Source: Amoebidium appalachense (lineage: Eukaryota; Protista; Ichthyosporea). Taken from it: a stretch of 64,000 nucleotides of DNA. The stretch spans positions 4,259,375 to 4,323,374 of the forward strand of contig CAVNZM010000017.1 in the NCBI GenBank assembly GCA_963693365.1, given 5' to 3'. Under the pieces are notes generated by a model. The model was given only the letters and a program-made list of their open reading frames with translations, ran no database searches and was not told the origin of the DNA. The position numbers and the translations under genes are program-made. Shown here in pieces: positions 1-17,964 of this stretch. How positions within the stretch are numbered: position 1 is the first letter of the stretch; each line of letters begins with the position of its first letter.

Positions 1-292
1 CATGTTGAGAAAAGGTACTGGGCAACTGGAAGCATGTTGAGGGGGCTGAAGACCACGGAGATGATCTGGGGGGGGGGGGGAAGGGTACGGAGGAGCAAGC
101 TGGGTGGGAGGTGGGCTGCAGGGGAAACAGGGGGGGGGGGGGGGGGGGGGGGGGGTAGGGGGGAGGGGGGAGAGGGAGTTTGGGCGAGAAGGGGGGGGGG
201 GGGGGGGTGTATACGGAGAGAGAGAGAGAGAACAAAAAAGCTGTTTCAGTGAAGCCTCAGAGCTCCTGTTAGGCTGAAGCACCTTAACATAC

Positions 293-361
293 CTGCACAC
301 GCAACTCCCGAAGAAGTGTCCGCAAGAGCATAAGAGTGCTTGGGGCCTGAACCGTACTCAT
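293..361 (-). CDS. First coding exon of a small LYR-motif/FMC1-like mitochondrial protein (gene continues left; possible exon 2 within 1-65)
   Basis: ATG at 361 gives MSTVQAPSTLMLLRTLLRELRVQ, then donor CAG|GTATGT at 292. The L.R.LLRELR motif resembles the N-terminus of FMC1/LYRM proteins. Only 23 codons are visible. Confidence 0.45.
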
Positions 362-725
362 GTTTGATACCAAGATAAAAGCTGGGCTGGGTTGATGGTG
401 TAGATTGCTAGGATGTTTTGTGGCAACAGCTTATAAGCGTATTAACGAAACAATAGACTATGATGCTTCAAAGCAAACCAAAAAAAAATTCGGTTTTGAT
501 AGAAATTAAAACTGGAACGAAGTGCTTCAGTGCTTGCTGCATGGCACTGCGAGCCTGTGCGCTGGGCCAAGGATGCGCAAACGAATCCTATTTTTAGATG
601 CACTACCCCAAGCGTGTGCTATTTGTGGTTGTAGATCATGGCTGACGTCGACACCATAGTGGCAGCGCGGGTCACACTATGCATTCGGCGCTTGCGAGGC
701 TGTGCTTGTGTGTACACGTATGCGT

Positions 726-767
<42 letters not shown>

Positions 768-772
768 TGCTA

Positions 773-878
<106 letters not shown>

Positions 879-918
879 ATGTGTGAGGTGGGAGACCGGA
901 GTCCGGGGCCCCGTTCCC

Positions 919-949
<31 letters not shown>

Positions 950-1155
950 AGGGGGGGGGGGGGGCGATGGAGACTAGATCTTGCCGAAGGGGAGAGGGGC
1001 CCCGAATACGTCCACCGGGGTCGGCGCCCAAGACCGGCCGCGGAAAGCTGGAGGGACCATACTACGGATTCATGTGCGCATGAATTATGTATGCAAGGCA
1101 AAACATGTTGTACAAACGATCATCAGATGCTTGTAGTAGGTAGGAGGATCAGGAG

Positions 1156-1244
1156 GATATACCATAGGAGTGGCACGCGTCCTTCGAGGATACATGCCCA
1201 GGATATATCATAGGAGTGGCACGCGTCCTTCGAGGATACATGCC
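1156..1244. repeat. Tandem duplication of a ~44-bp unit
   Basis: GGATATAYCATAGGAGTGGCACGCGTCCTTCGAGGATACATGCC occurs twice, head to tail. Confidence 0.85.
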
Positions 1245-1955
1245 AGCTGGAGCTCGAGGCTGGGCATGACGATGAAATCAAAAGCACTGGTGCAGCACAG
1301 GCTAGCGGCTGTTCATGGCCAGATGGCATCACACATCAGTGACAGATCACTGATAATTTGCCACGTTTCAAACCTCATATGCCCCAAGGTGCCCGCCCCT
1401 CCCCCCACCCAAAAGGGCAAAAGCTTGTAGGCCCTGTACCTATACGTGCCATGCATGCATGCTCATACAGCGTCACCATGGCCATGAGCTATGGCCAAGG
1501 CGCCGGTGTACCGGTATGTATAAATCTTTCACTCATGGCATCGCACGTGATAGGCTGGCTATCAGTGTAGAAACTGATAAGAATTAGCCAATCGGAATTG
1601 CTGAGATACTTGGGCTGCATTCCCGGTTTAGTTCAGAAGATGACGCATTAATATATATGAGATCTATCTACCTAGAATCTTCTTTTACTTTGTGAGCTCT
1701 TGTAAAGCGACATCTGATCCCCCTTCATAAAATATCATGCCCATGCCCTTCTAATTTTTGTTATATTTCAAGAATTTAGGAAACCTCTAGACACACATGC
1801 TATTTTGATGATTATTTCTGGCAAAACTGCGGGTGAGCAAGAGCCGGACTGTGACGTTACTACCGGAAGTTCGAAGATAAAGCACCAAGCTTTCCTATTG
1901 GCTATCTCTTAAATCTTGGTATGCGCGCATCGACGCAGCCGCAGGGTATATGTGC

Positions 1956-1963
1956 ATATATAA
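1956..1963 (+). promoter_or_regulatory. TATA box upstream of the PLAC8 gene
   Basis: TATATAAA lies about 125 bp before the ATG at 2085. An ATTGG (reverse CCAAT) lies at about 1897. Confidence 0.45.
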
Positions 1964-2084
1964 ACCACCCGCTTCCAGTTTATTAGTCCACACTCCGATC
2001 AGCATCTGCGATAGATAGCACAGCACAACAACAACTTTACCCACACACACTCTCTTTCTCTCTTTCCTTTTTCCTTTCACCAAA

Positions 2085-2660
2085 ATGGCCGACAATTCCG
2101 TCCCCGTCACCCAGATGACCGCCACCGAGCCCAAGCCCATCACCAACCAACCTGGAGTTGCAGTTGACAGCAAAAACAACGGTTCAAGCATTCCCCAAAT
2201 CACCTCGAGCTCCGGTGCAACGGGAGTCCCCGGCGAGTCGAATCGCCCGGCCGCGGGTGCCTCCAACGCAAGCATGAAGGCAAACGACGCTCTGACAAGA
2301 AATAAAACCGTCGCTGATGCAAGCAGCGCCCTTGCTCCCGGCATGACCACAAGTCTTTTCGGCTGCTTGGAAGATGTCGCTGGCGCTCTCCTTTCCTGCT
2401 GCCTCCCATGTGTTCCGGCCGCGGTCACGCGCACGCAGATCGAGGACAGGGAGTGCACTGTTTTCGACTGCCTGTGCACGCCCAACCCTTACCAGACAAG
2501 GCAGATTATGAGGCAGAAGTACAATGTTCCGTTTTCGGAGGCTCAGGATTGCTTTGCCTACACCTGTTGCTCTTGTTGCTTCGTCAGTCAGAACGTGCGT
2601 GAGTATGCTGCTCTGTCAGGGAAGGAGCCTCTCTACTTTGCAAACCCCAAGGGTATGTAA
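2085..2660 (+). CDS. PLAC8-family cysteine-rich protein, single exon, 191 aa
   Basis: The C-terminal half has PLAC8 motifs: TSLFGCLED, SCCLPC, R..MRQKYNV, DCFAYTCCSCCFVSQNVRE. The N-terminal extension is low complexity. Confidence 0.9.
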   Translation: MADNSVPVTQMTATEPKPITNQPGVAVDSKNNGSSIPQITSSSGATGVPGESNRPAAGASNASMKANDALTRNKTVADASSALAPGMTTSLFGCLEDVAGALLSCCLPCVPAAVTRTQIEDRECTVFDCLCTPNPYQTRQIMRQKYNVPFSEAQDCFAYTCCSCCFVSQNVREYAALSGKEPLYFANPKGM

Positions 2661-3710
2661 AAAGGGTATAATGTAGCGCGGTTAAAGGGTTAACGTTGTG
2701 TAAGTGTGCGTGTGAATGTAAATTTAGAATTTTCTTTTTTTTTTGATCGGCCAGGTTGATATTATGTAAGTTAGTACCTTTTGTTGAAGTTATATAAATA
2801 TTTCGCATCAATGTATCATTTAATTTTGATTGCAGCATTTCACTGTAATCATTTTGGCAACGGGAAGGTGCCTCGTATTGTCTATGCCACTACAATAGGC
2901 TTACACTCGAGCCCTATCTATGGTCTGCAGACTGTGTGCTGTATCTGTACACTTTGTTCGTCATGATGGGCCATGGTATATTAATATTAGCTTATTTTAA
3001 ATATATCAGGAACACTGTTTCGAGAACGGTTAGCACTTGTGATAGGTAGCACTCTATGTTATCGCAACATGATACTTAGCTCATATAGGTATTCTGTTTT
3101 AGGGAAACTAGTTGTGCAGCTACGGGATGGCATATATATACCACAGTACTCTAAAGCTTAGGACCTAAAGATATAAAATGATTGGATATCCTGAGGGTAT
3201 ACACGCAATTAACGGGGTTCTATGAAATGAATAAAAGCCAAACAATACCATCCCTCGTAACATCAAAACTTGGACATGTGTACATCTGCCGGCACTCCCT
3301 GCAACTTAATAACCATCAACCCCGCCTTTTTTCAACTGTTACCCTTCAAGTTGTTGGCTACTGGTCGGGCTGCGGGCTGCAAGGTAAAACCCAAGAGATA
3401 CTACCTCTTACTACCTCTGACAATCATTATGATGTAGGGTTTTCCATCGTGCTATGGAGTCTATTCATCCCCCACCCCCTCACTTGGCACCACCCCAGAC
3501 CCATAGACGTGACACACACGCAGCCGCACACGCACACACAGTCACACACGCGCACATAGGCACACTCGACACGCACATACACACACATGTACAGTGTACA
3601 AACACACGCAGTGGTTACACACATACACAGACACACTCATTCACTCACTCACTCACACATACAAACGAATCACATGACACACGCGCACACACACACACAC
3701 ACATTTACTG

Positions 3711-3831
<121 letters not shown>

Positions 3832-3881
3832 CCTATCTCACCACATGTGTTGCATGCTCACACGCACACACACAGAGGCGG

Positions 3882-3935
<54 letters not shown>

Positions 3936-4430
3936 GAGTACCAGAGACTATAGAGAGTGTGCGATTGTGTGTGCGTGCATTCGTGCGTGCATGTGTGAGT
4001 GCATCCCACATATCAATTTGTCTTGACTTTTCCCCTAGATGCTGCATATTGCTAGTTCAGCAGGCTGTGCACTCTCGATCGTTCCACGTCCCTCATCTAC
4101 CACTATAAAGGTACGGGACCCATAATGGCAAGTCATACCCCCCCCCCCCCCTCCCCCCCCCCCCCCCGCCCTCCCCACCCCCCATCCCCCACCACCCTCA
4201 GTTCCTTCTCGGAGCTCTATCTGCTTTGGAATTATGTAACCCCGCTTGTCCCCAACACCGAGTGCCTCTTCTAATAGTACCCACCCCCCCCACCCCCTCC
4301 GCCCTCTTCCCCCCTCCCTACCTGTTCCATCTCTCCCTTCCCGGCCTTGAGGCTCCCTAGCTCCCTCCCTCTCTTCCTCCCCCCTCCTCAGCTCTCATTT
4401 GTCTCTCTACCTATTTCACTCACTTCATCT

Positions 4431-4461
<31 letters not shown>

Positions 4462-4850
4462 TCTCTCTTTCTCTCTTCAAGTTCTCTCTCTCTCTGTCTA
4501 CCTACCTCTTCTCGAGATCTCTCTCTCTCTCTCTAGCTCTCTCTGTCTCTCTCTTCTCTCTCTCTCTGAATCTGTCTCTCTCTTTGGCCTCCCTCCCTCC
4601 CCTCTCCGTCCCCCCCCCCCCCCCCCTCCCCGTCCCCCCCCTTCTCCCCTCCCTACACCCACCCACCCACCACCCTCTACACACCTCCTATAATAGCAGT
4701 TAATGTAAATTCGCTGATGAATTCCCATACAAGTATCATGATAAGTAGTAGGGAATAGTACTATCACCAACTTGAAGCCTCTGCCAACATGATAACATCA
4801 AATTATCTGTTACTGCAACAGACTGTGTGTGTGTGTGTGTGTGTGTGTGA

Positions 4851-4916
<66 letters not shown>

Positions 4917-5950
4917 ATGTGGCCATCTGGATGGGTGTGTGGACGGTGGTGGTGATGATGGTGCCGGTGTGTGCTCGTGTGCACGTGGGTGCACGTGCAA
5001 GCACACACATTTTAATATTGTGGTAGTGGTGGGTGGGTACCGGTGGGTGGGTGGGTGAGAGTGTGTGTGTGTGGTTGGGGGGGGGGAGGGGGGGGGGGGG
5101 GGGGGTTAGCACAGCCTAACTATAGCGAGATATTAATATCAGGTTATTACAATCATTCACATGTGACCCCAATCAGAGATCGCGAGGTTTGAAGGGCAAC
5201 ATTCACAGATCTAATTAAGAACCCAAAACTGAAGGTTGGTGCGAATTGTAAATAACCATATGCAAACCATTTTTCGAAATTTTTTCTTTTCTTTTTTTGT
5301 GGTGGTGTTGGTGGTGGTGTGGGGGGAGGGGGGGGGGGGGGGGGCTGGGGGGGGGTTAGATTTTGTTATGCGAAGAGTACGAAGAACACATTCATAACGG
5401 AAAACTTTATAATGCAGAGTGCAAACCACACATATAAAGAGTATGCATAATAAGCAGAGCCCCACCTAATAGTACCCACTTCCCGTCACACTGCACAACA
5501 CTTTACCATCATTGACTTCCTTCTTAACACAGGTGATTATCTCACTGCCCAACTTTAATACGTTTCCAATACCTGCGCACCCACGTTACACACATAATCC
5601 CACCCTCCCAACCGGTTTTTTTTTATATTTTTTTTATTTTTTTTTTTTGGCCCTCCCTTGTAGCTGTCTGGTTTGTGTTGTGTCTCGGATATGTTGTCTG
5701 TAACTTATTGTGGTTCTAGCCTTGTGGCCGTGTAGTAGTTAACATTAATAAGGGGTGTCACTGAAGTTCACATATCATGCATATGGGGCACATGTTGTGT
5801 TTCCGGATTGGGCGGAGGGACAATAAGGTCAATAAAGTGCAATGATCCCAATGAGCAGAGCCCATTGATGTCCCCAGGGGAGCCAAGTCATCCACAGCAC
5901 TTGAGTTTCGACTCGTTCACATCACGCTCGAAGAAAAAGAAGAGGCACTA

Positions 5951-5988
<38 letters not shown>

Positions 5989-6591
5989 TGATTATAGGGC
6001 GCGATTGAGGTTTGCCCGCATATTTCAGGAAATATGCGTAACAAAACGTGACACCATTTGTCAGGTGAAAAACGAATCCAGCACACGACAAACATGTGTA
6101 AGCCTCCTTCCCTGGGTCGCCGCCAAGGGGGGGGAGGGGGAGGGAGGGCTCCGATAAAACTCGTCGACAACGAGGAGAGACAAAGGCTAAAGAAGCCCTT
6201 CTAAAGTTATTTATTATATCTTGCCTACCTAATTACTAGTTACGAAACATTACTGATATTGAAAAACCGTACACGTACCCCGACTTACAACATCGAGTTA
6301 TCGACTGGCTTCAATTTTCCATTGGATGCAGTTCACCATGAAAGTTCGTTCATGTAAAGGGGATCATGGGCAAGGCTTTGGCACTCTAGTAGAGAAAGTA
6401 AACTATGATACAGTCATCATCCGACATCTATGTACGTGATCATGATATACCGCCGAGGGGATATTCCGAGCAAAACCCCCCCATACCTGAGACTGGTCTC
6501 TCTTTGCCTCGAGTAAACAGCGTAAACCCCCATTCTGATTTCATGTACAACATTCATTATTATCTTACATTATATCAACATTTTAAAAATC

Positions 6592-11495
<4,904 letters not shown>

Positions 11496-12810
11496 GGTAA
11501 ATGTTTTACGGGCTAGTCGCAGCAGTGTGTGAAGATTGAAGAGTGAAGAAAAACTACACTTTCGCTACGAGAGCTGATGGTGAATTAGTGTGATTGTGTT
11601 TCTACAATAGTTAGTTGGAACGCTATTTCATATATGATACTTACATGCATGGAAAACCAAGAAAAAAAACACGTGTTTTTTGTGTGTCGACCGACCGCGA
11701 TTGCGACATCCGTTGCTAAATGTATAGAATAAATCTTTTTTTAGATCAAAGGGGCCCGGCTTTTTGAACAGAGATGAGCCACATATGATTGGCTTAGGGA
11801 CTGAGCATGGGCTGTGCAGCTCTGTGATTGGGTACGCACGAAAAGGATATAGAATGAGGCGCATATCATAGGTTGTCATGCATAGTGTTGCATATAAATA
11901 TGCGAGTGCGGCTCTCAAGCACTTTTGTAGCAGAACCATCACGTAAGAAGTTCGTAGCTGTTGCTTAACTGGTGCTTTTTGGCTATGAGCTGTCAAGTTC
12001 AGTGTGCAGTCTGAAATATTTGCAAATTGCGTGGCGACGCCGTATGCGTGGACCACTCCGCGGACCGTGCCCGTGGTGACAGTCGCCCAATGTGCTGTCA
12101 ATTCTCAGATATATGAATAGCCAAATAAGGCTAGCTGAGCAAATGGTCATTAATCCGTTTGCATGATTTTTGAGGGCCTACTTCGGTGGGAAGCCAGACT
12201 ATGAAAGGCTCGGGCACAATAATGCGGACGACACATTGTTTATTATTATATATGTGGATATTTCTACTATATATTTCAGTATTTGAGAGCAGACAAAATG
12301 TACGGTGCACACCGGCACTAATGTAGGCCGGGGCTATCGCGATCTACTAGTATATAGCTGAGTTGGCCACGGTGAGCTCGAGCGCAGCAAACGTTTTTAC
12401 AGTACGTGCCCAAACTCCCCGTATGATGTACCGTACGCGTATGCACAGACGCAAAAGATACAGGTACCGCTTGTAATATATATATCTATATATATATATA
12501 TAGAATATTTGTGGTCTGTAACAACATATATAATTTTGTTCAATCAAAATGTTGTTGTGAAGGAGCCTTCCCCAGTGTGCCTCAATCTACTCTGCGTGGC
12601 CAGTGCCGCACTTTTATCATAGTATCCCTCATAATTGGTCCCCCGCCCAATGCCTAGTTTGTCTTGCACTTATAAAGCCCCCGTTTTTGTTGACCATTGC
12701 GGTTAGTGAACTGTGTGAACGCTCGGAAAACTTTTGTGTGTGCCTGCCCTTCTCTCTCTTCCCTAAAAACATTCATTCCCGTCGACTCAGTGAGAGATCA
12801 TCCTGTGAAA

Positions 12811-13484
12811 ATGGAGGCTGAGCAGAACTCGAACGATCTCATCATCCGCAACGAGACTGGGATGAAGTATGACGTGGACTCTCCCCTTGTTGCCCGCCGT
12901 CGCCAGGGTGCCCAGTCCGCCATGTCTTGCCAGCGCACAGCCTCGAGTGAATGCTCGCAGAATAACTCTATGGCTACACCAAACCAGATGGGCATGGTAA
13001 GAACCCAACTCACTCCGAGCATGACTGCACCGTCACAAACCCAAGATCACCATCTCACTCTCAACTTGTTCCTGGTTAGGTGTTGGGGATCATTCCGGAT
13101 TGGCCGGGATCCGGTATGCATGCTTTGTGCTTGATTTTTTGTGTGAAAGCAACACCTAATAGACCAGTAGACAGGTGTTGGTGACATGCTGAATCTGACT
13201 GGCATGGTGTCGGACGTTTTGTGTAGAAGCAGTTTGATTAGTAATGTGCGAAATCTGTTAACATGTTTTTGCTTGCAACTCACTAATGCACAGCACCATG
13301 CACGATGCTTGCAAGTGTGTTACCAAGTGTGCGAATGAAAAGAACCTAGCAGTTTCTAACGAAATGCCTTTAAATTTTCCACCTGCAGCCCCGCAAAGCG
13401 TCCTACGAGTACGCGGACCCTCAGGAGCAATACGCCCATGAATCCCTCGATGTTAGCCCGGAAGAGGCCTGCCAATGGCACTAG
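12811..13484 (+). CDS. Small hypothetical protein (~93 aa), 2 exons
   Basis: Exon 12811-12996 (MEAEQNSND...NQMGM|GTAAGA) and exon 13389-13484 (CAG|PRKASYEY...EEACQWH*) join in phase 0. TATAAA lies at 12671. No recognisable domain. Confidence 0.6.
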
Positions 13485-14578
13485 GACATATATTGCGATC
13501 GCCAAGCGTGTTACAATTATTATATAAGGAAGACGAAGTAACTCAGGGTGTAGTGTCTGTTGGCGAAACTGTCGACGGGTTGTAGGATGTGGTATGCTAT
13601 GCTAAATCTTGATTTCAAGATAAGGTAACTGTTGTAGGGTGTGGATCCCATTACAGGATCCGGGTAGGCTTGAAGTCTTATTTCCGAATGTACTGCTATT
13701 GTGTCTAGGTCACGATTCTGAAGAAATGGATGATGCATGCTGAATTGTGAGTTTTTATCTGTTCGGCGCAGTTTCCAAAAAAGGGTTACAGCACCTCACG
13801 CTTTTTAGAGTAACCGACAAGTGAAGATCCACTTGAAGTAAAACGATCTGTAACAACTTCAAAGAATAAAAATGTAAATATAGATACACCTACGTGTGTG
13901 CCGAGCCCCGTCGGACCTTTGTAACAGAGTCCAGAGACGTGCGTCACAGGAGTGATGCGCTCGGTAGCTACATCCGAGCAATCCTAAAGGTGATTTTTTT
14001 CAAGCAAAAAAGCTACACGCACAAACCCAAGCTTTCACACGTATACCTGCATGATGAGGCGCACTCGCACCATTCATAATTTCTTAGGCGACACATGCAT
14101 GCGCAGGTACTAAAAATGTTTGCACACGACGCATATTCCTACTCTTTTGTTTGTTTTATTTAGACTTTTTTTCTAATGTGCAAAAACTTCTATTTCTACT
14201 AGTTTTTTTGTTGTTTTATTTGTGAACCAAAAATGTTTTGTGTGCATGGATGCTGTGATGACATCACAAACACAAGTAGGAAAGTAGCGCCCACTTCGCC
14301 GAGACACGTGCATAATGCATGATGCAACCACATACATTTATGCCTACTTTTTTGGTTGTTTCTAATAACAAACGAAAAAACTTGCCACCAGAAAACTTGC
14401 TTCACGTATACACGTGTTCGACTTGTTCTGGAGAAAATAACCCTTGCGGGGCATGCAGATTCTCCAGAAGCCAAAGAAAAAAAGGCACCATAAAGGATGC
14501 CCATCTGAGGGAGGGGAAGAGAGCGGGAGGGAGGGAGGGAGGGAGGGAGGGAGGGAGGGAGGGAGGGAGGGAGGGAGG

Positions 14579-14671
<93 letters not shown>

Positions 14672-15562
14672 CAGAGGGAATGAGGGAGGGGAGGGGGGGA
14701 GGGGGGGGGGGGGGGGGGGGCGAAAGAAAGAGACAGGGTAAGAGAGGGAAAGACACTGAGAAGGAACGAGGGGGAAAAGAGTTGTGTACGTGTATGCACT
14801 CTGCGAGCGTGTTTGTTGGGGACACAGGAATAAACTTTGGTGGGGGAGTTCTCTTTCTTGGACCCAGCACTCCAAGTCATGATGCTCGGTGGTGGTGCAT
14901 CGGGTGATGGTTGCGAGGTGGTGGTGGTGGTGGTGGTGGTTTGGGGGTTGAGGGGAGGGGGGGGGGGGGGGGGGGGGGGGGGAGGACCGGGTTGTGTAAG
15001 TGAGAAGGGGAAAGTTGCCTCAAGGGTTCTTCGAAAGTGCGTAGTAACTTGCATGGTAGGTTGCAAAAAAAAAAGGCAAGGGGCGTGAATACCAAACCAG
15101 GGAAGGTAAGGAAGTGGGGTGGGGGGGTGGGGGGTGGGGGGGGGAAGGAGAGGGGGGTAGGGAGGGGCGGGAGAGGAGGAGATCTAGAAGGTTTGGAAGG
15201 CTGCACATGCGTGCACTAATATTAGTTGTGCAGGAGGGTGGTGCTGGCAGCCTGGCGGCTGGCCCGGTGGCAATTTGAACCGGGAACTAAAAATAAAACA
15301 AATAGATCTGAATACATTCCACATTACATTCCTGAGCTTCGTTTTGGCCGACCAGACACTCGACCAGACTGAGTGCGAGTTTTGTTGTCTCAGTTCCTTT
15401 CAAAGCCTTTGAAAGAACTCCCGTAAGCTGATTAGGGGAGACAACTAGCCGCTCTTGTCAACTTGTTTAAAGCAGCTCTGCAGGAAGACATGAAAATCAG
15501 TCTTTCTCACAGAAAACCTTGTACAGAGCACACACTAGCTTTGCAATTAGTCATAACCTTTT

Positions 15563-17113
15563 ATGGCACTCACCGGAACAATCTCCTCTCTCCGACCGAG
15601 AATGTTTGGACTCAGTAACGGCAACCTTGTTGGGTTGGTGGCTGTGTTTGGGGTAGTAAACTTCTACCTGTTTTCAAAGGGATTGCTTCCCCATACCTGG
15701 GCCAAGTATTCAGGTATGTGCTAGGTCATCTGCGCATTCCCTTTGTAACTCAAGGAATGATTGTGATCGTACATTTGGCTGCGATGTGTTGAGGGTTGCA
15801 TGCACTGTGCTTGCAAGTAAACGCACCTGCCAAGTTCATGTCGGTGTGCATGCTTATGACCCGTGCGTTTTCCGTGGGTGCGTGCGTGCAGTGCGTGTGT
15901 GCGTGCGTGTGTCTTTGTGTCCGTGGGTGTGTGCGTGCTTGTGTGTGCTTCCGCTGGTTCAGACCGGCTTGTGTGGCTGTGTCTGCCTTCAGGCGTGGCT
16001 GTGTGTGCCGGTTCCTACGTGCATGTATCTGCGAGCCGCACGTTGTACGTGTTGCACGTGAAAACGCGTGGACACCAATTGTCATGCTCGTTGTGCAGGG
16101 CTGACCGAATGACTTGTGTTCGTGTTGTGTGGTTTGTGCGTGATATGTGAAACACACACACATCATCTTTCTCACCCGTCATGCCTCTCTCCCCATCCTA
16201 CCTCCCCCCCCCCCCCCTACCCTCCCTCCCCCCCCCCCCCCCCCCCCCCGGTGCGCTTCCCCAACACACATGCACACACCACCACCACGCGTTCCATCTC
16301 CCCTCTTGCTCTTCTCGTTGGTGAAGGACCGGTTCGTCGGCAAAGCGGTGCACAAGCCTGTGCACGGGCAGGGGCAGAGGGTGGGTGGGTTCCGAGCGAG
16401 AAGGTAGAAGGAGGCGGGGGCAGGGGGCGGGGGCAAGGGCTGGGCTACGGGTGAGGGGAATAGGAGGGTGTGGGTGGGTGGGTAGGAAGGGAGGCGAGGC
16501 GGGGCGGGGGGGGTAGGGAGAGAGGGGAGGGGGGGGGGGGGGGGGGGGGGGAGGGGGAGAGAGGGAGATGGGGCTGGGGGGGACCAGTGTTCAAGCACTT
16601 GAATGTTTTTGCAGGCTCTCAGGACCCAAACAACTATTAATCACACACGAGTACTTTTGAAACTTATAATGGCATATGTTCTTCCTCAGGCCGTGTTTAT
16701 TTTTATATCCTGCTTCCCGTCACCATTACGGCCCGGCTTTTTGGTGGCTGGTGGAATGAACTTATTCCAGGAAGGTAACAGCAAGAAGAATCCCAACTCG
16801 TCTCCCCCCCCCCGCCCCTCCCTCCCCTCCCGCCCTGCCCCTCCCCCTTCCCCCTCTTTCCTCCTCTCTCCCTCCCCTATCTCGCTCCTAGATCTCTCAC
16901 CTCCCTCCCCCCCCCCCCCTTCCACACCCCCCTCCGCCTTTCCCCCCCCTCCCACCCACTAAAGAGACACACAGACACAGATACACACACATACACACAT
17001 ACGCTTGTGTTTGTCTGAGTGTGTGTGTGTGTGCCTGTGTGTGTGTAAGCGTATGTATCTCCCCTTCCTCTATTTCGCCTCTTTCGTCCCCTTCCTGCCT
17101 TCCTCCTTTCTCC

Positions 17114-17152
<39 letters not shown>

Positions 17153-17550
17153 CTCTATGTAACTAACCTATTCTTTAAATGATTCCTTCTTTGGTCCTCC
17201 CCCCTCCCCCCCCCTTTTCCCCCTTCGAATTATTTATTATTTTTGGTCTCATGCATTCAACCCCCCTCCCCCCTCCCCCCTCCCCCTCCCCCCCCCCCGC
17301 CCCCCCAAAAAAAAAAGAAAAAAAAAAGAAAAAATAAAATAAAATGAAATAAAAAAACTTGAAATAAAAAACGGGGGGGTGTTCGGGGAGGGGGGGGGGG
17401 GGGGGGGGGGGACAATATGGTATCAATGATATTAGCAATAACAATCCGAATCATTACTACCACGACATGTAAAGCAGAGGCCTGAGGAGTAGGTGATGAC
17501 TTGAAAGGTGCCAAATGCATACATTCAAGCACACATACACGTACACGCAG

Positions 17551-17584
<34 letters not shown>

Positions 17585-17891
17585 GATAACCAAGCACTCT
17601 AATAGATCTTACGGCATCCGATCCTCGAAAGGGGGAATCCCCTGTTCTTTTGCCCTACTCTCCGGTAGTTTTCCCCAAAATCATGAAATTTGGTATGGTG
17701 TTTTCTCATAATAGACAGCGAATGTTAATGTAAGCCTGGCCTTTTTTTTTTTTTTGCTAATAAAAAAAAAATGCTCACTGCAGCAATGTGTATATTGGCG
17801 CCCTGCCGCTTTCCTTATTTGGACATGTAGATAAACTCTACAGTATGGGGGTACGTTTAACTCTTACACCCCCCCTCCCCCCCTTCTTTCT

Positions 17892-17964
<73 letters not shown>

